From an uncultured Acidobacteriota bacterium (GTDB taxonomy: Bacteria; Acidobacteriota; Terriglobia; UBA7540), in contig CAWDSK010000006.1 of assembly GCA_963804995.1 (NCBI GenBank), positions 1,248,001 to 1,312,000 on the forward strand: DNA of 64,000 nucleotides, given 5' to 3'. Below, piece by piece: positions 32,283 through 41,206 of this stretch. The translations under genes and the position numbers were made by a program. Below the pieces are notes generated by a model. The model made no database searches and was not told where the DNA came from. It saw only the letters and a program-made list of their open reading frames with translations. The first letter of the stretch is position 1; each line of letters begins with the position of its first letter.

Positions 32283-33050
32283 ATGCTAACTATCAAGAAT
32301 CTACAAGCCAAGGCAGGCGACAAAGACATCCTGCGCGGAATTGATTTCCAGGTGAACGCGGGCGAAGTGCACGCCATCATGGGGCCAAACGGCTCCGGCA
32401 AATCCACGCTCGCCCAGGTGCTGGCGGGCCGCGAGCTTTACGAGGTTACAGGCGGCACTGTGACCTTCGAGGGCAAGGATCTGCTCGAGATGTCTCCCGA
32501 AGACCGCGCGCGCGAGGGCATATTCCTTGCCTTCCAATACCCGGTGGAAATCCCCGGCGTCTCCAACACCTATTTTCTGCGCGCCGCGCTCAACGCCGTG
32601 CGCAAACATCGGGGCCTCGAGGAGTACGACGCCATGGATTTCCTCGCCCTCATCCGCGACAAGGCCAAGTTGCTGGAGATGGATGAGCCCCTGCTCTGCC
32701 GCTCCGTCAACGAAGGATTTTCCGGGGGCGAAAAGAAGCGCAATGAGATTTTCCAGATGGCCGTGCTGGAACCGAAGCTGGCCATTCTGGACGAGACCGA
32801 CTCCGGCCTCGATATCGACGCCCTGCGCATCGTGGCCAATGGCGTCAACGCCCTGCGCGCGCCCGAACGCGCCATTATTGTGGTGACGCACTATCAACGC
32901 CTGCTTGACTACATCGTTCCGGATTTCGTGCACGTGCTCTCCGGCGGCCGCATCGTCAAGTCCGGCGGCAAAGAACTGGCCCTGGAACTCGAAGACAAGG
33001 GGTATGGATGGCTGGAGGAGACGGTACAGTCCGGTGTGGGCCTGCAATGA
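32283..33050 (+). CDS. sufC: Fe-S assembly ATPase SufC
   Basis: MGPNGSGKST, FQYPVEIPGV, FSGGEKKR, LDETDSGLDID. Confidence 0.98.
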   Translation: MLTIKNLQAKAGDKDILRGIDFQVNAGEVHAIMGPNGSGKSTLAQVLAGRELYEVTGGTVTFEGKDLLEMSPEDRAREGIFLAFQYPVEIPGVSNTYFLRAALNAVRKHRGLEEYDAMDFLALIRDKAKLLEMDEPLLCRSVNEGFSGGEKKRNEIFQMAVLEPKLAILDETDSGLDIDALRIVANGVNALRAPERAIIVVTHYQRLLDYIVPDFVHVLSGGRIVKSGGKELALELEDKGYGWLEETVQSGVGLQ

Positions 33051-33230
33051 GGGAAGAACAAGTCAAAAGGCAAAATGCAAAAGGCAAAAGTCAAAGCCAA
33101 CGTTGCAGCGCTCGCCCCTTTGGGGGAGAGGGGCCGGGTGGGGGTCAATCAATCGCGGGCTGGAACTCCCTGACCGGGTCTTAAGAAAAGCCGCGGACCT
33201 ACAAAACAGGTCCGCGCAACAACTGCCCGG

Positions 33231-33369
33231 TTTTGGAGTGCGGCAGCTCGCTGCCGCTTTCCTCCCCGCGAGCTCGCTCGCGGGAATCACCACCTCGGGC
33301 CTTATCCGGCCAAGGCACGGCCAGCAAGCTGGCCTGATTGAAAGCGGCAGCGAGCTGCCGCACTCCAAA
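33231..33369. repeat. REP-like hairpin (GGAGTGCGGCAGC..GCTGCCGCACTCC)
   Basis: Near-perfect inverted repeat of about 30 bp. Confidence 0.7.
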
Positions 33370-33410
33370 GCGGGCTGTGCCCGCATCAGAGGAAGGAAAA
33401 CAGGAACTTC

Positions 33411-34742
33411 ATGACTGCTGTTAAGGAACAAGAAGGACATTACCTCGAAAGCTTCACCCGCCGGGAGGGTGCTCTCAATGAGCATGGACCGGCGTGGCTT
33501 CCCAAACTCCGCCGCGGCGCCATTGACAGCTTTGCGGAGCTGGGCTTTCCCACCACGCATGACGAGGATTGGTTGTACACCAACATCGCGCCCCTCGCCT
33601 CCCTGCCGCTCCAGCGCCCGCACGCCAAACTGACAGCGGAAATCCGCGAGAAGATTGAGCGCCTGCCGCTGGCCAATCTCGACTGCAGCCGGCTGACTTT
33701 TTTTAATGGCCACTACGTTCCGGAACTCTCGAAACTTCGCGAGATTCCGCAGGGCTTGAAGGCCGGCAGCCTGGCTTCCGCGCTCAAGAATCATGGCCCG
33801 GTGCTGGAGCGTCATCTGGCGCGCTACGCGGAAGCCCGGACGCACGCTTTCGTGGCGCTCAACACCGCGTTCTTTGAAGACGGTGTTTTCATCGAAGTTC
33901 CCAAGGGCGCCGTGGTCCAGAAGCCCCTGCACATCCTTCACGTTTCAGATGGCGGAGGCAGGACTACCGTTTCGCATCCCCGCAACCTGATCCTGGTGGG
34001 CGATACGGCCCAGGCGACCATCATCGAAACCTTCTTCAGCCTGACGGAAGACACCACGTTTACGAATTCGGTGGTTGAAATCGTCGCGGGCGAAGGCGCG
34101 CTGGTGGACTATTGCAAAGTGCAGCAGGAAAGTGACGAGGCATTCCACTACGCGCGGATTCAGGTGCACCAGGCGCGCTCCTCGAGCGTGACCACTCATT
34201 CCATCCAGCTCGGCGCCGCCCTGATGCGCGAAGAGGTCCAAACCGTGCTGGCTGGCGAAGGCGCTGAATCCATGCTGGACGGCCTCTACGTCCTGACCGG
34301 ACGGCAACACGCGGACAACCACACCACCATCGACCACGCCAAGGCGCATTGCGCCAGCCGCGAGGTTTATAAGGGCGTGCTGGAGGGCAAATCGCAGGGC
34401 GTGTTCAACGGCAAGATTATCGTCCGGCCCGACGCGCAGAAAACCGATTCCAAGCAGAGCAACAAAAACCTGCTGCTTTCTGAAGACGCCATCATCAACA
34501 CCAAGCCGCAGCTTGAAATCTTCGCCGACGATGTCCGGTGCACGCACGGCGCCACGGTGGGCCAGACCAATCCCGAGGCGATTTTTTATCTGCGCTCGCG
34601 CGGCATCGCGGCCGACGAGGCGAAGAGCCTGCTGACTTACGCTTTCGCCAACGATGTGATGGAACGGATCAAGTATCAGCCTCTGCGCGAACGGCTCGCA
34701 GACCGGCTGTTTGCAAGGCTGGCCAAGAGAGTTGGGAACTGA
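33411..34742 (+). CDS. sufD: Fe-S assembly protein SufD
   Basis: FPT..EDW.YT, FNGKI.V..AQKTD, KPQLEIFADDVRCTHGATVG. Confidence 0.97.
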   Translation: MTAVKEQEGHYLESFTRREGALNEHGPAWLPKLRRGAIDSFAELGFPTTHDEDWLYTNIAPLASLPLQRPHAKLTAEIREKIERLPLANLDCSRLTFFNGHYVPELSKLREIPQGLKAGSLASALKNHGPVLERHLARYAEARTHAFVALNTAFFEDGVFIEVPKGAVVQKPLHILHVSDGGGRTTVSHPRNLILVGDTAQATIIETFFSLTEDTTFTNSVVEIVAGEGALVDYCKVQQESDEAFHYARIQVHQARSSSVTTHSIQLGAALMREEVQTVLAGEGAESMLDGLYVLTGRQHADNHTTIDHAKAHCASREVYKGVLEGKSQGVFNGKIIVRPDAQKTDSKQSNKNLLLSEDAIINTKPQLEIFADDVRCTHGATVGQTNPEAIFYLRSRGIAADEAKSLLTYAFANDVMERIKYQPLRERLADRLFARLAKRVGN

Positions 34743-34969
34743 TTATTGGTGATTTGTGATTGAAAGAATTGATCATTGGTGATTTGCGATTGATGAATGG
34801 TGATTGAAAACATTGGCGATTTGTGATTCGTGAATGGTGATTGATGGATTGGGCGATTGGCGATTGAGGGGATTGAAAGGTTGGGCGATGAAAGAAGCTG
34901 ACGATTGGAATTGGTCAATCACCAATCGCAAATCACCAATGCCTTCAATCACCAATGTAAGGAGTTGTG

Positions 34970-36241
34970 ATGGCAACCACTCGTAATTTAGTCCAGGCGC
35001 CGCCCCGCGAAACGCCGGCGGCGGGTTTTGATGTTCGCAAAATCCGCGAGGACTTTCCCTTTCTCAAACAGAAGGTTTACGGCAAGCCGCTGGTCTATCT
35101 TGACAACGCCGCCACCAGTCAGAAGCCGCAGGTGGTGCTGGACGCCATGCTGCGCTTCTACACCCAGGATTGCGCTAACGTGCATCGCGGCGTGCACATC
35201 ATCAGCGAGCGCGCTACGCAGTCCTATGAGCACGCCCGCGTCAAAATCCAACGCTTCATCAATGCCGCCGACCCCCGCGAAATCGTCTACGTGCGCGGCT
35301 CGACGGAAGGCATTAACCTGGTGGCGCAGACTTACGGCCGGCAGCACGTCCAGGCGGGCGACGAAATCCTGATCAGCGCGCTCGAACACCACTCCAACAT
35401 CGTGCCGTGGCAGATGTTGTGCGAAGAAAAAGGCGCGCATCTGCGCGTGGCGCCCATCAACGATCGCGGCGAATTGATCCTCGATGAATTCGAGAAGCTC
35501 TTGAGCGACCGCACGCGCCTGGTCGGCATTGCCCACGTTTCAAACGCGCTCGGGACGGTCAATCCCATTAAGCAGATTGTGCAGATGGCCCACGCGCGGA
35601 ACATTCCGGTGCTGGTGGATGGCGCGCAGGCCGCTCCGCACACGAAGCTTGACATGCAGGCGCTGGGGTGCGACTTCTATGTGGTGTCGGGCCACAAGCT
35701 TTTCGGGCCTACGGGGATCGGCGCGCTTTACGGCAAGGCGAGCCTGCTTGAATCCATGCCGCCTTACCAGGGCGGCGGCGACATGATCCTCTCCGTCACT
35801 TTCGAGAAGACGATTTACAATCATCTTCCCTATAAGTTCGAAGCGGGCACTCCCAATATCGCCGGAGCGATTGGACTGGGCGCTGCTATAGACTATGTTA
35901 CGAATGTCGGGATGGAGAATATCTCCTCCTACGAGCACGCCCTGCTCGCTTACGCCACTGAAGCCATCGGGCAGATTCCCGGCGTGCGCCTGATCGGCAC
36001 GGCGCGCGAGAAGGCCGGCGTCCTCTCCTTCGTGCTGGAAGGCGTGCACCCGCACAACGTCGGCACCGTGCTTGACCGCGAGGGCATCGCCGTGCGCACG
36101 GGCCACCATTGCGCGCAGCCCGTTATGGAACGCTTCGGCGTGCCCGCCACGGCCCGCGCCTCCCTGGCGTTTTACAACACCAAGCAGGAGATTAACGCCC
36201 TGGCGGCAGGCCTGGAGCGGGTGAAGACGATGTTTGCTTGA
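34970..36241 (+). CDS. sufS: Group II cysteine desulfurase SufS
   Basis: YLDNAATSQKP, EHHSNIVPW, SGHKLFGPTG, RTGHHCAQP. Confidence 0.97.
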   Translation: MATTRNLVQAPPRETPAAGFDVRKIREDFPFLKQKVYGKPLVYLDNAATSQKPQVVLDAMLRFYTQDCANVHRGVHIISERATQSYEHARVKIQRFINAADPREIVYVRGSTEGINLVAQTYGRQHVQAGDEILISALEHHSNIVPWQMLCEEKGAHLRVAPINDRGELILDEFEKLLSDRTRLVGIAHVSNALGTVNPIKQIVQMAHARNIPVLVDGAQAAPHTKLDMQALGCDFYVVSGHKLFGPTGIGALYGKASLLESMPPYQGGGDMILSVTFEKTIYNHLPYKFEAGTPNIAGAIGLGAAIDYVTNVGMENISSYEHALLAYATEAIGQIPGVRLIGTAREKAGVLSFVLEGVHPHNVGTVLDREGIAVRTGHHCAQPVMERFGVPATARASLAFYNTKQEINALAAGLERVKTMFA

Positions 36242-36398
36242 AGGAAGCTGTCAGCTGTCAGCTCTCAGCTTTCAGCCAAGGCTCCAGCGCCAAGCTGTAG
36301 AAGTGAGCGACGCTTTTTGGAGCGGGGCGGAAGGACGGGGCTTTAGCTGAACGCTGAGAGCTGATAGCTGAAAGCCAATCTCTGAAAGCTTGATTCCT

Positions 36399-36854
36399 AT
36401 GTCTGAACTTGACTCGCTTTACCAGGAAGTCATTCTCGATCACAGCAAGCGGCCGCGGAATTTCAAGGCGCTTCCGGATGCTGACCACCACGCCGAGGGA
36501 TACAATCCTCTGTGCGGCGATAAAGTGACGATTTACCTGCACCTCGTCGACGATCGCATTGCGGATATCAGCTTTCAGGGTTCCGGCTGCGCGATTTCTA
36601 CCGCTTCCGCTTCCATCCTGACGGAAACGCTGAAGGGCAAGACCCGTGCCGAGGCCGAAGCCCTTTTCGAAGTCTTTCACAACCTGGTGACCGGGCAGCC
36701 GGTAAAATCCGCTGGTGCGCCCGCTCTCGGAAAGCTGGCGGTCTTCTCCGGTGTCTCGGAATTCCCCGTGCGCGTCAAGTGCGCTTCGCTTGCCTGGCAC
36801 ACCCTGCATAGCGCGCTCGCGGGAGATAAAGCCGTCACCAGCACCGAGGAATGA
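36399..36854 (+). CDS. sufU: SufU (NifU-like) sulfur-transfer protein
   Basis: LYQEVILDH, NPLCGD, GCAISTAS, RVKCA.L.W. Confidence 0.95.
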   Translation: MSELDSLYQEVILDHSKRPRNFKALPDADHHAEGYNPLCGDKVTIYLHLVDDRIADISFQGSGCAISTASASILTETLKGKTRAEAEALFEVFHNLVTGQPVKSAGAPALGKLAVFSGVSEFPVRVKCASLAWHTLHSALAGDKAVTSTEE

Positions 36855-37003
36855 AGGCCGAAATTCGAAAATCGAAACTCGAAAATCGCTCGAGTTACGA
36901 GTTCCTGCTTTTGAATTTACGAGTTTCGAATTTCGATTTTCGGTTTTTGATTTTGCGAGTTTCGATTTTCGGCTTTCGATTTTGTTCTATAAGGATAAGG
37001 ACT

Positions 37004-37363
37004 ATGGCTGACCAAATCCCACCCCCGGCTTCGCAGCCCACCCTGAATGTGTCCGAGGTCGTGGCGCTCCAGGACAAGATTGTGGAGAAAATGCGCACCG
37101 TCTACGATCCGGAAATCCCCGTAAACATCTACGACCTCGGCTTGATCTACGAAGTGAAGGTGGAACCTACTGGCGACGTTTATGTGAGAATGACCTTGAC
37201 TTCGCCCGGCTGCCCTGCCGCCGGCACGCTTCCCGGCGAGGTGGAAGATAAGATCGTCGTGATCCCGGGAGTTCAGAAAGTCAAAGTCGATGTGGTGTGG
37301 GAACCAACCTGGGATAAAAACATGATGACGGAGGCCGCCAAGCTGCAACTGGGATTCTTCTGA
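37004..37363 (+). CDS. sufT: SufT/DUF59 Fe-S maturation protein
   Basis: VYDPEIPVNIYDLGLIY, MTLTSPGCP, VWEP.W; ATG after AAGGA. Confidence 0.9.
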   Translation: MADQIPPPASQPTLNVSEVVALQDKIVEKMRTVYDPEIPVNIYDLGLIYEVKVEPTGDVYVRMTLTSPGCPAAGTLPGEVEDKIVVIPGVQKVKVDVVWEPTWDKNMMTEAAKLQLGFF

Positions 37364-37452
37364 TTTTGGATTTCGGATTTTAGATTTTGGATTGAAGAAG
37401 GACGGTAGTTACCCGCGTTTCCTAATCCAAAATCCAAAATCTAAAATCCAAA

Positions 37453-38535
37453 ATGGACATGCCCGACACCCTCAAATCTCCTTTAGCCGATTACCATGCA
37501 TCACAGGGCGCTACGCTCGCGGAATATCACGGTGCGATAGTTCCCGCGCGCTTCACGGACCCCGCCGCCGAGCATCGCGCGGTGCGTGACGCCTCCGGAC
37601 TATTCGATTTTTCCTTCCGCGCCAAGTTCCGCATGAAAGGCCGCGACCATGCGCGCTTTCTGCAGCGCCTGGTCTCAAACAACGTCAAGAAGCTGACCCC
37701 GGGCCAGGGCACTTACGCCACGCTCTTGAACGCTCAGGGACACATCCTGGTTGACCTGCGCCTGCATTGCGCCGAAGACAGTTTCCTGGTCGACACCGAC
37801 GCCGACTTGCGCGATAAGGCCATCCAAATTTTCCGGCGTTACATCGTTGCCGATCAAGTCGAGATTGAGCCGCTCAACCTCTTCACCCTGGCGTTTCAGG
37901 GGCCAAGCGCGCTGCACCTGCTCGAGAAGACCCTGCACATCGACCTGCCCGCGATGCAGGAGTTCGACCACTTTGCAGCGAACTACGCGGGCTTCCCCAT
38001 CCGCGTCGTGCGTGCCTCGAGCACCGGCGAAGAAGGCTATGAAGTTTGGGTGGGCGCTCAAGGGATGGAAGCCGTGTGGGGCGCGGCGTGTGGACAGGCG
38101 CCGACCTATGGGACGCTGCCTTGCGGGTGGGAGGCGCTGGAGAGTCTGCGCATCGAGGCCGGCATTCCCCGCTACGGACAGGAGTTGGGCGAGGACGTGA
38201 TTCCGCTCGAAGCCGGGCTGCTGAATGCTCTTAGCTTCAACAAGGGTTGCTACATCGGGCAGGAAATCGTGGAGCGCGCGCGCAGCCGCGGCCACGTGAA
38301 TTGGAAACTAATGGGATTGGTCATGGAATCCGGGCCGCCTCCCCAGCCTGGCGAGAAGGTCGTGGTGGAAGGAAGAGAAGTGGCGGAGATCACCAGTTCC
38401 TGCGTTTCACCTACGCTCGGTAAGGCGATTGCCCTCGCTTACGTGCGCCGCGAAGTATCAGAACCCGGCGCGAAGATTACCTTTGCGTCAGGCGTGGAGG
38501 CGGAAGTCGCCGCGCTGCCCTTCGCTAGGGGCTAG
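37453..38535 (+). CDS. ygfZ: YgfZ/GcvT-family folate-dependent Fe-S protein
   Basis: KGCYIGQE signature; GcvT-like N-terminus. Confidence 0.9.
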   Translation: MDMPDTLKSPLADYHASQGATLAEYHGAIVPARFTDPAAEHRAVRDASGLFDFSFRAKFRMKGRDHARFLQRLVSNNVKKLTPGQGTYATLLNAQGHILVDLRLHCAEDSFLVDTDADLRDKAIQIFRRYIVADQVEIEPLNLFTLAFQGPSALHLLEKTLHIDLPAMQEFDHFAANYAGFPIRVVRASSTGEEGYEVWVGAQGMEAVWGAACGQAPTYGTLPCGWEALESLRIEAGIPRYGQELGEDVIPLEAGLLNALSFNKGCYIGQEIVERARSRGHVNWKLMGLVMESGPPPQPGEKVVVEGREVAEITSSCVSPTLGKAIALAYVRREVSEPGAKITFASGVEAEVAALPFARG

Positions 38536-38668
38536 GCCTCTGGAAAGACCGAAAATCGAAACTCGAAAATCGAAACTCGCGAGTTCCCTTACTTCCCGAG
38601 CTGGGGACGAGGGAGTAGTGGCGATTTTCGAATTTCGATTTTCGATTCCCGGCCCTGACGCCTGCAAT

Positions 38669-39604
38669 CTACTGGACTGGTCGCCCCAACTGCAGGGCCA
38701 TCAGCACAAACGATCCGGCGATGATCAGCACGGACAGCACCGCGAGCGCGTTCCACAGGTTCTCGCTGGGGCGCGTGGCGGGCTCACCTTCCGGAATCAG
38801 ATAACCCAGCACCAGCCCGGCAATCAGCCCGCCGAAGTGTGCAGCATTGTCAGCCGCGAAGAAGATTCCAAACACCGCGATGTACATCACCCATCGCCAA
38901 AGTTGGCTGCGGTATTCCTTGCCGAGGTGCCCGTGATGGAAGCTCGCGCCGATCAGGATGCCGATGAGCCCCAGGATGGCGCCCGACGCTCCCACCGAAA
39001 CTCCGAAGGGGGACCACCAAAGGCTCAGCAAAAATCCTGCGACACCTGTCACCAGATAGAACACCGTGAATTTGGTGGCCGAGAAAAGGGATTCCACCGC
39101 CGGGCCCAGGTCCACCAGGCACCACATGTTCATTCCAATGTGGAGCAAGCCCGCGTGCAGGAAAATGGCCGTCACCAGCCGCCACCATTGGCCGGCCCAG
39201 ATGTAAGGGGACTTGGCGCCGAGGCGCATCAGCACTTCGCCGCTGATGCCGCCCATTGCCGGCGCGCCGTACAACTGCGCGGCCTCGGTGTTCTGCGTCA
39301 TGTACCAGGAGACGGCGTAAAGCGCGATGCAGGCCGCGACCATGACGGAGGTCGCCGTGGTGGGAACCGGGATCACGCCCAGAACGCGTCCGGGTGTACT
39401 GCTGCTGCCTCGGGCGCGAACGGGGCCGGTGCGCTCACCGCACAGAGGACACACGGACGCGTCACGGTCAATCAGCGCGCGGCAATGCGGGCACATGCGG
39501 ACGGCGCTGACCGGCGCAGTTTCCTCGGCGCCCCAGGATATTCCCATGGACTTCTTCAAGCGTTGCAACTGAAACCAGATTTTAGGAGGTATTTTCATTC
39601 CCAC
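38669..39604 (-). CDS. Rhomboid intramembrane protease with N-terminal Zn ribbon
   Basis: CPHC..CPLC, WWRLVT..FLH, H..MN, VGASG, AHFGG. Confidence 0.92.
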   Translation of the reverse strand: MGMKIPPKIWFQLQRLKKSMGISWGAEETAPVSAVRMCPHCRALIDRDASVCPLCGERTGPVRARGSSSTPGRVLGVIPVPTTATSVMVAACIALYAVSWYMTQNTEAAQLYGAPAMGGISGEVLMRLGAKSPYIWAGQWWRLVTAIFLHAGLLHIGMNMWCLVDLGPAVESLFSATKFTVFYLVTGVAGFLLSLWWSPFGVSVGASGAILGLIGILIGASFHHGHLGKEYRSQLWRWVMYIAVFGIFFAADNAAHFGGLIAGLVLGYLIPEGEPATRPSENLWNALAVLSVLIIAGSFVLMALQLGRPVQ

Positions 39605-39849
39605 CTTTCACCTGCTCCTACCAACTCAAATTATATCTGACCTGCTGAGCTGCCAGGAACTTGATTTGTCGATCGCGGGGGGCCCTGCTGCTGTAGCGGC
39701 GAGTTTACCTCGCCATAGGGCGGCGTCCCGATCAGATCGGGATGAATGCCGCCGTCGCTACGTCAGATCGAACCACCACCCCGGCGCGGGACCGCTTCAC
39801 TTTTTTCCGTACCCTGCTAGAATAGCGATTATTGGGGTGGAGCGGGGTT

Positions 39850-40020
39850 ATGACATTTGAGGATGCTGGGCGCGCCGTGGATCGCGAACTTGAAAAATTG
39901 CGGAAGTACCTTGATGAGGAAGTCCGTCCGGAGACCCGTAAGGAGATGGCGGATTTTTTGCGCCGCGCCTCGGACCGTCTGACAAAACTGGCCGAACGGC
40001 TGGAAAAAACGAAGCGCTGA
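39850..40020 (+). CDS. Small helical hypothetical protein
   Basis: 56 aa charged amphipathic ORF directly upstream of rlpA. Confidence 0.6.
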   Translation: MTFEDAGRAVDRELEKLRKYLDEEVRPETRKEMADFLRRASDRLTKLAERLEKTKR

Positions 40021-40024
40021 CCCG

Positions 40025-40813
40025 GTGCTGAGTCGCTCAATGGAAGGATCTAAGAGAAGACCACTTCGCCGCGCTCGCAGGCTCAGCTTGGCGATGGCGC
40101 TATTTCTCTCTGCGACGGGCTGCCTGCACCGGCACAATGCGCCTCCACCCGTGGCGCGCACAACACCGCCACCCGCGCCCTCTCCTACCCCCACCACACC
40201 AACTCCCGAGCCCGCGCCACCGACCACGACTCCGCCGGGCCCGCACCCTGCCCCCGCGCCGGCGCCGATCATCCAGGGCGAAGAGGGCATCGCCTCCTGG
40301 TACGGCCATCCCTACCATGGCCGCGCCACCGCAAGCGGCGAGATCTACAACATGTATGCCATCAGCGCCGCGCATCGGACCCTGCCCTTCGGTACCGAGG
40401 TGCGCGTCCATGACCTCGAGAACGGCCGCGACGTGACCGTGCGCATCAATGACCGCGGCCCGTTCATCGAGGGGCGCATCATCGATCTCTCCTACGCCGC
40501 GGCCCAGGCCATGGGGATGACCGGCATCGCGCGCGTGCGCCTCGAGATTCTAGGCTACGACTCGAGTCCCGAGCCCGGCATCTTCGCGGTCCAGGTCGGG
40601 GCTTTCCGCGAGCGCGCCAACGCCGACCGTTTAAAGGCCCTGATCGAAGCAAGCTATGCACCTGTGGTCATCCAGGGATTCGATCGCGGCGACGGCACCT
40701 TCTATCGCGTGCGAGTGGGAAGTGAGAAAACGGAAGGCGCCGCCCGTGACCTGGCCCAGAAGCTCCGCAGCGCGAATCTGGCCACGGCGACCTTCGTGGT
40801 CAGGATGAACTAA
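40025..40813 (+). CDS. rlpA: RlpA lytic transglycosylase lipoprotein with SPOR domain
   Basis: ATGC lipobox, ASWYG, AAHRTLPFGT, INDRGPF, VQVGAF. Confidence 0.95.
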   Translation: MLSRSMEGSKRRPLRRARRLSLAMALFLSATGCLHRHNAPPPVARTTPPPAPSPTPTTPTPEPAPPTTTPPGPHPAPAPAPIIQGEEGIASWYGHPYHGRATASGEIYNMYAISAAHRTLPFGTEVRVHDLENGRDVTVRINDRGPFIEGRIIDLSYAAAQAMGMTGIARVRLEILGYDSSPEPGIFAVQVGAFRERANADRLKALIEASYAPVVIQGFDRGDGTFYRVRVGSEKTEGAARDLAQKLRSANLATATFVVRMN

Positions 40814-41157
40814 TGCCGGATTGCCTCTTCTGCCGCATCATCGAGCGCAAAGCTCCCGCCAAGATCGTTTACGAGGACGAATTCACCATGGCGGTTGAGG
40901 ACATTCATCCGCAGGCCCCGGTCCATCTCCTGGTGCTTCCCCGCAAGCATCTTCCCTCACTCAAGGAGGCTCTGGCTGAAGACGAGTCTCTGCTGGGCCA
41001 TCTATTCCTGGTAGCGGCGCAACTAGCGCGCGAGCGGGGACTGGACTCGAAGGGTTATCGTACGGTCATCAACAACGGCACGTGGGCCGGGCAATCGGTG
41101 TTCCACCTGCATATCCATGTGCTGGGCGGCCGGGTCTTTCATTGGCCTCCAGGATAA
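40813..41157 (+). CDS. Histidine triad (HINT) nucleotide-binding protein
   Basis: DCLFCRI, GQSVFHLHIHVLGGR. Confidence 0.95.
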   Translation: MPDCLFCRIIERKAPAKIVYEDEFTMAVEDIHPQAPVHLLVLPRKHLPSLKEALAEDESLLGHLFLVAAQLARERGLDSKGYRTVINNGTWAGQSVFHLHIHVLGGRVFHWPPG

Positions 41158-41206
41158 GTTTTAGCTTTCGCATGGAAGGGGGCCGGCGGGGTCTTCCGTG
41201 TTCCGC